From: an uncultured Sphingomonadales bacterium
GTDB lineage: Bacteria > Pseudomonadota > Alphaproteobacteria > Sphingomonadales > Sphingomonadaceae
Assembly: GCA_903858875.1 (NCBI GenBank)
Contig: CAIOKP010000266.1
Location: forward strand, 16,442-80,441
Reading direction: 5' to 3'
Length of the DNA stretch: 64,000 nt
The stretch's first letter is position 1. Every line of letters begins with the position of its first letter. Both the position numbers and the translations under genes were made by a program. Positions 46,164 to 55,530 of this stretch are shown piece after piece. The notes below the pieces were generated by a model. It was not told the DNA's origin and did no database searches. It saw only the letters and a program-made list of their open reading frames with translations.

Positions 46164-47272
46164 ATCACCACCATCTCCGCCTTCAGCGCGCCGGCCTGTT
46201 TCAGCGCCTCGAGAATGGCGACAAGGTCGGACGGCGTTACGCCCAGCAGGTTTAGCGCATCGACAATCTTTGACAGTGATGCCCCGCCCTTGACCAGCGC
46301 GACATGGGATTTCTCCTCCTCGGCGGTGATCTGGCTGCTGGGGGTGACAGCGGTGCGCCCGTTGCTGAGCGCGCTGGGCTGGCTGACGCGTGATTTTTCA
46401 TCGATGCGGACGGTCAATTTCCCGTGGGATACAGCGGCGGGCGACAGGCGCACCGCGCTGTTGATCACCACGGTGCCGGTGCGGCTGTTGACGATGATCC
46501 TGGCGGCAGCCTCGGCGGGGGTCACGTTGATCATCTCGATCGCGGCCAGAACCGAGGACCGGCTATCGGCCCCGACGGGCAGGTGCAGCGCGATGGTCAC
46601 CGCATCCTCGGCACTGGCCATGCCGGGAAAGCGGGTGTTGATCGCGTCGCGCACCCGCTGGGCGGTCAGGAAATCCGCGGTATTGAGGTTATAGCGCAAC
46701 ACTTCGGACCGATCAAAGCCGGTGGACACCGCGCGTTCGACCGTGGCGCCTTCGTCGATGCGGCCGGTGGTCGGAATATTGACGGTCAATTGCGACCCGT
46801 CCTTGGCGGTAATGCCCAATCCGCCGACGGCCAGGTTGCCCTGTGCCATCGCATAGATCTGGCCATCGGCGCCATACATCGGTGTCAGGATCAACGCGCC
46901 GCCGCGCAAGGATTTGGCCTTGCCGATCGCTGACACGGTGATGTCGATGCGCTGGCCGGGCTTGGCAAAGGCGGGCAGGTCGGCGGTGATCAGCACGGCG
47001 GCGGCATTTTTCAGCCCCGGTTGCACGCCGGGCGGCAATTGCAGCCCCATCCGGCCCGACACGCCCTTCATCGCCTGTGTCAGATATTCGAGCGTATCAT
47101 CGCCCGACCCATCAAGCCCGACGACGATGCCATAGCCCGTCAACTGGTTCGACCGCACGCCTTGAAAGCTGCCGATATCGCGGACGCGTTCGGCATGGGC
47201 GATAGGCGCCAGGCCGAAGACGCCACCGATACAACACAGCGCGACGATGAGGCGAAAAAGGGTGGCGGGCAT
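46160..47272 (-). CDS. flgI: P-ring protein FlgI
   Basis: GVRSNQLTGYGIVVGL, KSLRGG, ILEALKQAGAL. Confidence 0.97.
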   Translation of the reverse strand: MPATLFRLIVALCCIGGVFGLAPIAHAERVRDIGSFQGVRSNQLTGYGIVVGLDGSGDDTLEYLTQAMKGVSGRMGLQLPPGVQPGLKNAAAVLITADLPAFAKPGQRIDITVSAIGKAKSLRGGALILTPMYGADGQIYAMAQGNLAVGGLGITAKDGSQLTVNIPTTGRIDEGATVERAVSTGFDRSEVLRYNLNTADFLTAQRVRDAINTRFPGMASAEDAVTIALHLPVGADSRSSVLAAIEMINVTPAEAAARIIVNSRTGTVVINSAVRLSPAAVSHGKLTVRIDEKSRVSQPSALSNGRTAVTPSSQITAEEEKSHVALVKGGASLSKIVDALNLLGVTPSDLVAILEALKQAGALKAEMVVI

Positions 47273-47289
47273 TGGTGTTCTCCCCCGCA

Positions 47290-47970
47290 TCAAAACGGGC
47301 TGAGGATGTTGAAGAATTTCGACAGCCAGCCTTCGCGGCTCGAGCGCTGGATTGCGCCGTCGCCGGCATATTCGATGCGCGCATCGGCCACTTGCGCCGA
47401 CTGGACCGAGTTGGTCTGATCGATATCGGCCAAGCGCACGATCCCGGAAAACTGGATCCATTCATGACCTTGGCTCAACAACATACGCTTTTCTCCACGC
47501 ACCAGCGCGGTGCCGTTTGACCGGACTTCGGCAATTGTCACCGCGATCGTGCCGTTGAAGGCATTGGTCTGCGTGGCATTGCCCTGACCATTGAACGACG
47601 ATTGTGCCGCCGCATTAAGGGAGCTGGGGTTGAAGGCGAAAGGTCCGGCGGTGGGCGGCGTGATGCTGGCGCTGCCGGTACGTTGGGTTTTGGAGCCAGC
47701 GGTCTTGGTGCTGGTGGTGGTCTCGCTCAGCACGATGGTTACCATATCGCCAACACCATGCGCCTGCGCGCCCGATACCAGCGATGTGTACGACGCGTTG
47801 ACGGCAAAGATCGACCCGTCGGCACGGCCATCCGTGACCGCCGGCGGCAGGGCGGCGGCAAAGGGTGACGGTTTCTTCTGCTTTGTGGCCAGAGCGGGGG
47901 CGGGCAATGCCGTCATGGCCACAAGCGGGAGGGCCAACAAGGCACGGGCGAATTGGGTGGTGAGGCGCAT
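47290..47970 (-). CDS. flgH: L-ring protein FlgH
   Basis: VGDMVTI, GEK, SGIVR..DI, VADARIEY, GWLSKFF...PF. Confidence 0.94.
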   Translation of the reverse strand: MRLTTQFARALLALPLVAMTALPAPALATKQKKPSPFAAALPPAVTDGRADGSIFAVNASYTSLVSGAQAHGVGDMVTIVLSETTTSTKTAGSKTQRTGSASITPPTAGPFAFNPSSLNAAAQSSFNGQGNATQTNAFNGTIAVTIAEVRSNGTALVRGEKRMLLSQGHEWIQFSGIVRLADIDQTNSVQSAQVADARIEYAGDGAIQRSSREGWLSKFFNILSPF

Positions 47971-47978
47971 CAGGGTTC

Positions 47979-48767
47979 TCACATTGTTTGATTTGCGTTT
48001 TTGAGCATCTCGTCGACGGCCGAGATCATCTTGGAATTGATCTCGTAAGCGCGCTGGCATTCGATCATGTTGACTAGCTCGGTCACTGTGTTGACGTTCG
48101 AGGTTTCGAGCATCCCCTGGCCCAGTGTGCCGCGCCCGGCGGTTCCGGCAACGCCGATCTGCGCCGGGCCACTGGCGCCGGTTTCCTGCAACATATTGTC
48201 GCCCAGCGCCTGTAGCGCCGAAGGATTGGCGAAATTGGCGAGCGTGATCTGGCCAATCTGGGTGGCGGCGGTTGCGCCGGCCGGAATGGCGCTGACCGTG
48301 CCGTCACTGGCGATGGTGACCGAGCCGGCGCCAGCAGGCACGGTGATTGCCGGTTGCACGACATAGCCTTGCGATGTGACGAGCTGCCCCTCGGACGACA
48401 GAGTAAAATTTCCGGCGCGGGTATACGACGTCTGGCCTGACGGGGTCAGGACCTGAAAATATCCTGTGCCCTGAATAGCCAGATCATAGGTGTTGCCGGT
48501 GGTGTCGAGCGTCCCTTGTGTATCGATGCGGGTGGTCGATTGCACACTGACACCCGTCCCCAGGTTGAGCCCGGTGGCGTAATTGCTCTGCGCCGAACTT
48601 TGCTGGCCCGCGACACGGGCGTCCTGATAGGCGAGGGTCGAGAAATTGGCGCGGTCGGCCTTGAAGGCGGTGGTCGAGGCGTTTGCCAGATTGTTGGCGA
48701 TGACGCGCATCCGCGTGTCTTGGGCATCAAGGCCGGTACGGGCAACCTGAAGGGCAGAAGCAGACAT
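47979..48767 (-). CDS. flgG: Distal rod protein FlgG
   Basis: IANNLANAST, DLAIQGTGYF, YTRAGNF, LETSNV, QRAYEINSK. Confidence 0.96.
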   Translation of the reverse strand: MSASALQVARTGLDAQDTRMRVIANNLANASTTAFKADRANFSTLAYQDARVAGQQSSAQSNYATGLNLGTGVSVQSTTRIDTQGTLDTTGNTYDLAIQGTGYFQVLTPSGQTSYTRAGNFTLSSEGQLVTSQGYVVQPAITVPAGAGSVTIASDGTVSAIPAGATAATQIGQITLANFANPSALQALGDNMLQETGASGPAQIGVAGTAGRGTLGQGMLETSNVNTVTELVNMIECQRAYEINSKMISAVDEMLKNANQTM

Positions 48768-48780
48768 GGTTGATATCCCT

Positions 48781-48806
48781 GTGGTGGGTTAACGTGGTGG
48801 GTTAAC
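48781..48806. repeat. Perfect 13-bp tandem duplication in the flgF-flgG spacer
   Basis: GTGGTGGGTTAAC x2. Confidence 0.9.
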
Positions 48807-48809
48807 AGA

Positions 48810-49556
48810 TCAGGACGAGGTCAGGCGCATCAGTGACGCGCCGGATTGGTCAACTTCCTTGGCGGTGGCGACCAGCTTGGTACGGATTTCGAACAGGCGC
48901 TGGGACTGGATCATCTGGACCATCACTTCGGAGGGATCGACGTTCGATCCTTCGAGCGCGCCAACCTGGACCGTGGCTGTATCATCGGTAGGCAACACCC
49001 CGCCGCCGACCACCCGAAACAGGCCGTCGAGGCCCTTTTCGACGTTCGAGCCGGCAGGGCTGACCAATTTGATCTTGTCGACGGTCTGGGGCGGCATATT
49101 GGGCTGGTCAGGGTTGGTGGCCAGAACGGCACCATCCGGACCAATCTTGACCTTGCTATCCAGCGGCACGGTGATCGGGCCACCACTGCCGATAACCGGC
49201 GTACCATCGCCATTTTCCAGCACCCCTGATGGCGATACCGTCAGGTCGCCGCGCCGGGTATAGGCCTCTGTGCCATCGTTGGCCTGAACCGCGATCAGGC
49301 TGTCGCCCTGCGCCGCGATGTCGAGGTCGCGCCCGGTGGAGCTGACTGTGCCGCCGGTCATATTGGCGCCGCGCACTTCTGCCTCGCTCATCGCGCGCGC
49401 TTCGAGCGATGGGCCTTTCAGCGTCATCGGCGTGGAATACAGCGTTTCCGCCTTGAAGCCGATGGTCTGGGCGTTGGCCATGTTCGACGCGATCACCCGT
49501 TCGCGGGTCATCGAATCGGACATGCCCGACACCGCCGTATAGATCAGGCCGTCCAT
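48810..49556 (-). CDS. flgF: Proximal rod protein FlgF
   Basis: IYTAVSG, NMANAQTIGFKA, TGRDLD, GALEGSNV. Confidence 0.94.
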   Translation of the reverse strand: MDGLIYTAVSGMSDSMTRERVIASNMANAQTIGFKAETLYSTPMTLKGPSLEARAMSEAEVRGANMTGGTVSSTGRDLDIAAQGDSLIAVQANDGTEAYTRRGDLTVSPSGVLENGDGTPVIGSGGPITVPLDSKVKIGPDGAVLATNPDQPNMPPQTVDKIKLVSPAGSNVEKGLDGLFRVVGGGVLPTDDTATVQVGALEGSNVDPSEVMVQMIQSQRLFEIRTKLVATAKEVDQSGASLMRLTSS

Positions 49557-50365
49557 TAACCGCTGACAGCGTTCATGATCGCGGTGATCATGGTGTTGTT
49601 GGTGCTGATCGCCTTTGAATTGGCCTGGAAATATTGCTGGGCGCTGATCATGTTGACCAACTCGCTCGACACATTGACGTTCGATTGTTCGAGCGAGCCG
49701 GACAAGACGCTGCCCATGCCGCCGGCGTCCGGGGCGTTATAGGTCGCGCCGCCGGACAGGCCGGTTGCCTGCCAATCCTGATCGCCGATTTGCAACAGCC
49801 CGGTGGGTGCGACAAAGCTGGCCAGCGCAATTTTGCCGATCGTGGTGATCGATCCATCGGCATAGGAGGCCTTGATGGTGCCGTCGGTCGCGATCTGGAC
49901 GCCGGCATAGGCGGAACCGGCGGCGTTGGCCGTGGGCAACTGACCATCGGACGGCGTGGTCGCAAAAGTGCCGCCGCTATAGGCCAAAATCTGGACGCGA
50001 TTGGCATTCTGGTCCGTGATGTAACCGGCGCTGTCGGTGCTGAAATTGCCGTTGCGGGTGTACAGCGAATAGCCGCTGATCGGTGATTTGACGGTCAGGA
50101 AGCCTTCGCCATTGACCGCAACGTCGAGCGCGGAGCCGGTGGTCGTCATCGCGCCGGTCGAGAAATTTTGGTCGACCGTTTTCACCATCGCGCCGATGCC
50201 CTCAACCACCTTTGGGTTGGCATAGGCGGACCCGGCCACGATATCGGCAAAGTTGACCCGGCTCGATTTGAACCCGGTCGTCTCGGCGTTCGCCAGGTTG
50301 TTCGATATGGTGTCGAGTTCGGTCTGGGCATTCGAGATGCCGTTGAGCGAGGTGTAAAAGGACAT
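49556..50365 (-). CDS. flgE: Hook protein FlgE (short, 269 aa)
   Basis: MSFYTSLNG, ISNNLANAETTGFK, SLEQSNV, FQANSK; between flgD and flgF. Confidence 0.9.
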   Translation of the reverse strand: MSFYTSLNGISNAQTELDTISNNLANAETTGFKSSRVNFADIVAGSAYANPKVVEGIGAMVKTVDQNFSTGAMTTTGSALDVAVNGEGFLTVKSPISGYSLYTRNGNFSTDSAGYITDQNANRVQILAYSGGTFATTPSDGQLPTANAAGSAYAGVQIATDGTIKASYADGSITTIGKIALASFVAPTGLLQIGDQDWQATGLSGGATYNAPDAGGMGSVLSGSLEQSNVNVSSELVNMISAQQYFQANSKAISTNNTMITAIMNAVSG

Positions 50366-50395
50366 GGGCAGAGCTTTCCTTGCGCGGGGGGCGGG

Positions 50396-50713
50396 TTAGG
50401 CGCCGGTCGTTGATGTGGTGGCGGTGGTTGTCGTCGCGCCAGAACTGGCGTTCTGCGCCGCGATCAGCGCGTCGAGCTTGCTGGCGATGCTGGTCAGCGT
50501 GGTGTCGCCGGTCTGAATGCCGGACAGCGACGAGAACTGCGCCATCTGCGCGACCATCTGGGTGTTGTCGACTGGCTGGGTCGGGTCCTGATTTTGCATC
50601 TGCGTCGTCATCAACTTGATGAAATCCGACATCCCCAGATTGGCATAGGGGTTGGCCGCGGTGGCCGTGCTGGTGCCCGACGTGGTGTTGCTGGTGGAAC
50701 TGATCGCGGTCAT
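50396..50713 (-). CDS. flgD: Hook cap FlgD, N-terminal domain only
   Basis: [23 protein letters not shown]; 105 aa. Confidence 0.92.
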   Translation of the reverse strand: MTAISSTSNTTSGTSTATAANPYANLGMSDFIKLMTTQMQNQDPTQPVDNTQMVAQMAQFSSLSGIQTGDTTLTSIASKLDALIAAQNASSGATTTTATTSTTGA

Positions 50714-51129
50714 TATTTCATCCTCACAGTATCGAGTACGAGTTGTTTGGCGGTGGACAGGGCCTCGACCATGTTTTGGTACTGGCGCGAGGAATCGAGC
50801 ATTTCGACCATCTCGGCATTTTCATCGACGGGTGCGGCCCACACATCGCCATTGGCGTCAGCGAGCGGGTGTCCCGGGTCGTGTTGCCTGATGGGCGTGG
50901 CCGAGGACCGGGTCACACTCGCGATCTTGACGGTCGACAGGCCGCTGGCCTTGTCGAGCTGTTCGGCAAACACGGCCTTCAAGGGGCGATAGGCGTCCTG
51001 TTCGCTGCCCGACACCGATCCGGCGTTGGCGAGGTTCGAGGCGGCGGTGTTCATCCGCACCAGCTGTGCCGACATGGCGCGACCGGCGACATCGAACACA
51101 TTCATCGGGGTATTGGTGGGGCCGGACAT
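50713..51129 (-). CDS. flgC: Rod protein FlgC
   Basis: [23 protein letters not shown]. Confidence 0.96.
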   Translation of the reverse strand: MSGPTNTPMNVFDVAGRAMSAQLVRMNTAASNLANAGSVSGSEQDAYRPLKAVFAEQLDKASGLSTVKIASVTRSSATPIRQHDPGHPLADANGDVWAAPVDENAEMVEMLDSSRQYQNMVEALSTAKQLVLDTVRMK

Positions 51130-51130
51130 C

Positions 51131-51493
51131 CTATTCCCCCTTCAGCGACCGGGTGATCTGGCTGATCTTGTCGGACAGAAACGACAGGGTGGACGAATAG
51201 CCCACCGCGTTCTGCGAAAAGGCGACCTGTTCGGCGCTCATATCGACCGTGTTGCCGTCCAGGCTGGGCATGACCGGCACGCGGTACTGGATCGCGGCGC
51301 TGGTCGCCTGATCGCTGCTGGCCCCGGCGATGCGGGCCTTTAGCGCAGCGCCAAAGTCGATGTCGCGCGCCTTGTAACCGGGCGTGGCGGCGTTCGCGAT
51401 GTTCGAGGTCAGCAACCCCATGCGCTGCGAACGCAATTCAAGCGCCATGCCGGATACACCGAACAGGCTTTGGTTACTGGCTGCATCGCTCAT
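51131..51493 (-). CDS. flgB: Rod protein FlgB
   Basis: SNIANAATPGYKARDIDF, DGNTVD. Confidence 0.96.
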   Translation of the reverse strand: MSDAASNQSLFGVSGMALELRSQRMGLLTSNIANAATPGYKARDIDFGAALKARIAGASSDQATSAAIQYRVPVMPSLDGNTVDMSAEQVAFSQNAVGYSSTLSFLSDKISQITRSLKGE

Positions 51494-51551
51494 TATTCGC
51501 GCTCCGCTACGATGTTCCACTGGGGTGAAACGGGTTTGGCCAAACGGATTA

Positions 51552-51567
51552 AGCAAAGGGCGTGCCA
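51552..51567 (-). promoter_or_regulatory. sigma54 promoter of the flgB operon
   Basis: TGGCACGCCCTTTGCT, consensus match. Confidence 0.88.
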
Positions 51568-51738
51568 ATTTGTCGGAATGGCCGGTTTCGCCGTAATCTC
51601 GCGAGGTGGGTTGGGGCGAAGGCCGGTGGACCGCCATTCCGCCCGGCAAGCCGCTGCCGCTGGCCGGCAAAATTCCGCCGTTCGCTGAATATGCCGCTCC
51701 TCCGGCCGTTCTTTTGGTACAGGAGGCCCAACCGTCCC

Positions 51739-52503
51739 ATGACCATGACCCTGTTTACCGATGGCACCGCGGCGTTGATCGTGCTGGGCGGCACGTTGCT
51801 GGCCACCGTGTTACGTTGTGGGTGGTCCGACTGCCGCGTCACGCTGGTGATGTTGGGCAATGTGGTGGGGCAAACGATGTCCCCACAAGGCCGCTTTGAC
51901 GGCGAGCGAGTGCGTTCGCGGCTGGCGCGGGTGTTGCAAGAGATCACTCGCGATGGCCTGTTGCGGGTCGAGCCGCGATCGACCAGCGATAGCGAATTCG
52001 ATGCGGCGCTGCACGCGCTGGTCGGGCAAAGGTCGGTGGCTGCGCTCAAGGCGGTGCTGCTCAGCGCCCGCGCCGCGCGGATGGCGCCCGCCGAAACCGC
52101 GATCCGCACCTTGATGCAGGCGGCCGAATTGGCGCCGGTGTTCGGCTTGGCAGGCACGCTGATTTCGCTGTCGAAATTGCCGGCCAATGGCGTCGATCAT
52201 CGGGCCTATATGTCGGCGATTGGCATGGCGGTTCACGCGACGCTCTATGGTTTGATGACCGCCAATGTGCTGCTGTCGCCGTTGGCCCGATGGGTCGAAC
52301 GGCGTGCCCGGACCGAAGAGGCCGCGCGGCAGCACATCGTTGACTGGTTCGAATATGAACTGGCCACCACCTATGCCACGCGACACGAGCCCAAGGCGCC
52401 GCACTTGCATCCCGCGCAATTTGCCCATGTGCCCGACGGCCCCCATGCGGGCGAAGCCTATGACGCCGCGCAACAGCGGGGCGAGCGCGTTCCCACGTCA
52501 TGA
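51739..52503 (+). CDS. MotA/TolQ/ExbB-family (PomA-like) protein, divergent
   Basis: ALIVLGGT, RDGLLRVE, APVFGLAGTL, ATLYG..ANVLLSPLA; AGGAGG upstream. Confidence 0.82.
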   Translation: MTMTLFTDGTAALIVLGGTLLATVLRCGWSDCRVTLVMLGNVVGQTMSPQGRFDGERVRSRLARVLQEITRDGLLRVEPRSTSDSEFDAALHALVGQRSVAALKAVLLSARAARMAPAETAIRTLMQAAELAPVFGLAGTLISLSKLPANGVDHRAYMSAIGMAVHATLYGLMTANVLLSPLARWVERRARTEEAARQHIVDWFEYELATTYATRHEPKAPHLHPAQFAHVPDGPHAGEAYDAAQQRGERVPTS

Positions 52504-52973
52504 CGCCGCTCTTCGTCACCCGCACGACAATCGGTTGGCAAACGATGCTGGCGGATTTGTCGTTGATCCTGTTCATGGTCACGGCGGCGGCGATGGCCGA
52601 TACGCCCGCCGCCGCCCCATCGGCGCCGCCCGCCGCACGTCCGGCCCCTATTTCCCCCGCGGGCCCGACCGCCCGGTCCGGCCTGGCCGACCCGGCACAG
52701 GCCGAGCCCTTGGCGATCTGGCGCGAGGCGCCCGGTGCGCCCGCCCTGTCGCAGTGGCTGTTCAGCCAGCAGCCGGACGCGCGCCTGTTGTTGACCATCA
52801 CGCTGCGCTATCGCCCGACCGATCAGGCGGCGGCCTTGGCGCGGGGCGGCGCCTTGGCGCAATCGGCTGGCGCGGCGGGGGACAAGGCGCGGATCATCCT
52901 CGAACCGGCCAAGGACGCCACCGGCATCGAGGCTGTTGCCGCGCTGGCCTATGATCGCGGGCCGGGGGTCTGA
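52500..52973 (+). CDS. Short MotB-like protein
   Basis: GWQTMLADLSLILF TM with conserved Asp; ATGA overlap with the MotA-like gene; no GHTD/NRR OmpA motifs. Confidence 0.68.
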   Translation: MTPLFVTRTTIGWQTMLADLSLILFMVTAAAMADTPAAAPSAPPAARPAPISPAGPTARSGLADPAQAEPLAIWREAPGAPALSQWLFSQQPDARLLLTITLRYRPTDQAAALARGGALAQSAGAAGDKARIILEPAKDATGIEAVAALAYDRGPGV

Positions 52974-52986
52974 CGGCGGATAAAAC

Positions 52987-53002
52987 TGGCACGGACTTTG
53001 CT
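52987..53002 (+). promoter_or_regulatory. sigma54 promoter of flgA
   Basis: TGGCACGGACTTTGCT, consensus match. Confidence 0.88.
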
Positions 53003-53077
53003 GCGTATCCGGCGATATGTTCAGCGATGCGGTGGCCACGATGGTCTTCGGCACGCCAGTACCAAGGAATTTGCCGC

Positions 53078-53605
53078 ATGACCGCAAACACTTCGCTGTA
53101 CTCACGCGTACTTCTCGCGTCGGTCGGCCTCAGCTACGCCGCCACTGGCCCTGCGATGGCGCAGGCGGGCTATATCGATCTTGCCGCCATCGACAACGAG
53201 ATCGCCGCCTTTACCGGCAAGTCGATCGGCCAGACTGGCGGCGCGATGATGCCGGTGGACCGGCGATTGCGGCTGAACGGTTGCCGGTCGCCGCTGGCGC
53301 TGGCGTGGCGGACGGCGCGGCGCGATACGGTATCGGTCGAATGCCCCGATCCGGGCAGCTGGCACCTGTATGTGCCGGTGCGCCCGTCCGAGACCGGCGC
53401 GGTGGCGATTGCCCGCGGGGAATCGATCAGCATCGCGGTGGTCGGCGACGGATTTTCCGTCGCGCAACCGGGCGAGGCGATGGATTCCGGCGCGGTCGGC
53501 GACTGGATCCGGGTGCGCGGTGTAAAAGACGGCAGCCCGCGCGGCGATACGATGCGCGCGCGCGTCACCCGCCCCGGCGAGGTCGAGGTGCCGATGCGCG
53601 ATTGA
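53078..53605 (+). CDS. flgA: P-ring chaperone FlgA
   Basis: Signal peptide, DRRLRLNGC, VEC..W.LYVPV, GEAMDSGAVGDWIRV. Confidence 0.87.
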   Translation: MTANTSLYSRVLLASVGLSYAATGPAMAQAGYIDLAAIDNEIAAFTGKSIGQTGGAMMPVDRRLRLNGCRSPLALAWRTARRDTVSVECPDPGSWHLYVPVRPSETGAVAIARGESISIAVVGDGFSVAQPGEAMDSGAVGDWIRVRGVKDGSPRGDTMRARVTRPGEVEVPMRD

Positions 53606-53732
53606 TTCCTTTTTCTTTTCTTGGTTTCCCATCCGTAACTGCCGCACTGTGGGCGTTGCAGATGGCCTGGCAACCGGCACCACACAGTGCCGGCTCCCGG
53701 CAAAGACAGCAAAATATTGCCGGATCCACTCT

Positions 53733-53758
53733 TAAAACTCTCGTGCCATGGCCGTTCT
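53733..53758 (+). promoter_or_regulatory. Putative sigma28 promoter of flgM-flgN
   Basis: TAAA-N14-GCCGTTCT, 30 nt before the ATG. Confidence 0.72.
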
Positions 53759-53788
53759 GCGTTTCAGTAGGAAACATGGAGCGGGACC

Positions 53789-54115
53789 ATGACAAGCATT
53801 GGATCCGGGTCTGGCATAGGATCTGGCCCTCAGTTGGAAGTGAACGCGGTGCGTCCCTTGAGCACCACTGACAGCCGAGCAGTGTCGGCCACCGACACGC
53901 CTCCGGCAAATGTCAGTGGTGCGCCCTCCGTCGCATCGGCGCAGGGGGCGGCAGTCGTTGCCAGTTCTGCGTTAAGCGCGGGCCAGATTCCGGTCGATTC
54001 GGACCGGGTCAGCGCCATTAAAAGAGCCATTCAGACGGGCAATTATCCGATTGTCCCCACCAAGATCGGTGATGCGATGATCGCCGCCGGCCTATTGTTG
54101 CGAGGCACGAAATGA
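53789..54115 (+). CDS. flgM: Anti-sigma28 factor FlgM
   Basis: VDSDRVSAIKRAIQTGNY..IGDAMI. Confidence 0.92.
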   Translation: MTSIGSGSGIGSGPQLEVNAVRPLSTTDSRAVSATDTPPANVSGAPSVASAQGAAVVASSALSAGQIPVDSDRVSAIKRAIQTGNYPIVPTKIGDAMIAAGLLLRGTK

Positions 54116-54465
54116 GCAAGGCAGTCCCCTTCGTCGAATTGCGTGACACGTTGCGGCAAATGGTGGCCGTGTTGCAATGCGAGCGGCAGGCTTTGGCCGG
54201 GCTCGACCTCGACGGCATTATGGGATGTGCCTTTGACAAGGATGCGCTGTGCGGGCGGTTGGATGAGGCCGGGGTCGATGCCGTGGACGACGAATGCCGC
54301 GGGCTTCTCGACGCGGCGCGCCGGTTGAACGAGGTCAATCGCCAGCTGCGCAACCTGATTGCCGCCAATGTTGCGGCCCGTTTGGAAGCGATTACCGGCA
54401 GCCCAGCGCTGTATCAGGTGCGAGGGTCTGGGCCGGCCTATGCCTATGCCGGCGCGCGGGGCTGA
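54112..54465 (+). CDS. flgN: Export chaperone FlgN-like
   Basis: Helical; ERQAL, RRLNEVN, C-terminal Tyr; coupled to flgM. Confidence 0.78.
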   Translation: MSKAVPFVELRDTLRQMVAVLQCERQALAGLDLDGIMGCAFDKDALCGRLDEAGVDAVDDECRGLLDAARRLNEVNRQLRNLIAANVAARLEAITGSPALYQVRGSGPAYAYAGARG

Positions 54466-54489
54466 ATTGGCCCGCCCATTGCGGTGATC

Positions 54490-54505
54490 TGGCACGCCGC
54501 TTGCA
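54490..54505 (+). promoter_or_regulatory. sigma54 promoter of the slt-flhA-fliA unit
   Basis: TGGCACGCCGCTTGCA, consensus match. Confidence 0.88.
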
Positions 54506-54543
54506 TACACATTTCCCGAATGTTTTGTTTTGGGGAGTGAGGC

Positions 54544-55518
54544 TTGAGCCAGTCAGACCAGTCGGGGCTCGGATGGGCGTCCGCGATCTTTACCACCCCA
54601 CAGGGGGCCGGCAGCGCCAGCGGGGTTGCCGATAACACTGTCCGCGGCGCCATCGCCCGCGCGGCACAGGCCAGCGGGGTGGATTTCTCCTATCTTTTGG
54701 CCCAGGCTCGGCTCGAATCCAGCCTCAACCCCAATGCCCATGCCGCGACATCGAGCGCGAGTGGGCTATATCAATTCACCAATTCCACCTGGCTGCAAAC
54801 CTTGCAAAAGCATGGCGATGCGCTGGGGGCCAATGTGGGTGGGCTTTCGGCTGGCGCTGGGGCGGCGGGTGCGGATCCGGCATCGCGCGCGCAATTGATG
54901 GCGCTGCGTAGCGATCCCAACGCGTCCGCGATGATGGCCGCCCAATTGGCCAGCGATAACCAGACGGCGCTGACTGGCGTTCTGGGGCGCACCCCCGATG
55001 CCAGCGAGCTTTATCTCGCGCATTTCCTCGGCGCGGATGGCGCGGGCAAATTCCTGACCGCGCTGGCCAGCAATCCCGATCAATCGGCGGCTGCCCTGTT
55101 GCCCCGCGCGGCGGCCAGCAACCGCAATGTCTTTTTTGACAGTAGCGGCAGCGCCCGGTCGCTGGGGCAGGTGATGAGCCTGCTGCGGTCGCGTATGGAT
55201 GCCGCGATGCAGTCGGAGGGCAATGGCGGATCGGGCGGCTTTGACCTCGCCAGTCTGGCCGCGATGGGCGGCGCGGGGGCGATGGGCGTGATGGGCGTGA
55301 TGCCGACTGCCGCCGCCAGCGTCGATCCGTCGCAAGGGCCGATTGCCCAACAATTCGACGCCGCCCGCGACCAGATGGGCGCGGGGGCCGCTACGTCCTC
55401 CAGTTCGATGGCCGATACGTTGCAGGCGACCTTTGGCGCCAGCGGTGATGCGGCGGGCGGCGCGACCCCTGATTTTGTCCGCAACGCCTATGGGCGCCTG
55501 CGGGCGCTCGGTTTGTAA
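54544..55518 (+). CDS. Flagellar lytic transglycosylase (SLT domain)
   Basis: ARLESS (catalytic Glu), SASGLYQF..TW, YLAHFLG; TTG start after GGAGTGAGG. Confidence 0.85.
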   Translation: MSQSDQSGLGWASAIFTTPQGAGSASGVADNTVRGAIARAAQASGVDFSYLLAQARLESSLNPNAHAATSSASGLYQFTNSTWLQTLQKHGDALGANVGGLSAGAGAAGADPASRAQLMALRSDPNASAMMAAQLASDNQTALTGVLGRTPDASELYLAHFLGADGAGKFLTALASNPDQSAAALLPRAAASNRNVFFDSSGSARSLGQVMSLLRSRMDAAMQSEGNGGSGGFDLASLAAMGGAGAMGVMGVMPTAAASVDPSQGPIAQQFDAARDQMGAGAATSSSSMADTLQATFGASGDAAGGATPDFVRNAYGRLRALGL

Positions 55519-55530
55519 GGGCGCGCAGGC

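Noticed and set aside
48789-48805. TTAA...TTAA as a CtrA site
   Set aside because: Spacer is 9 nt rather than 7 and arises from the tandem duplication
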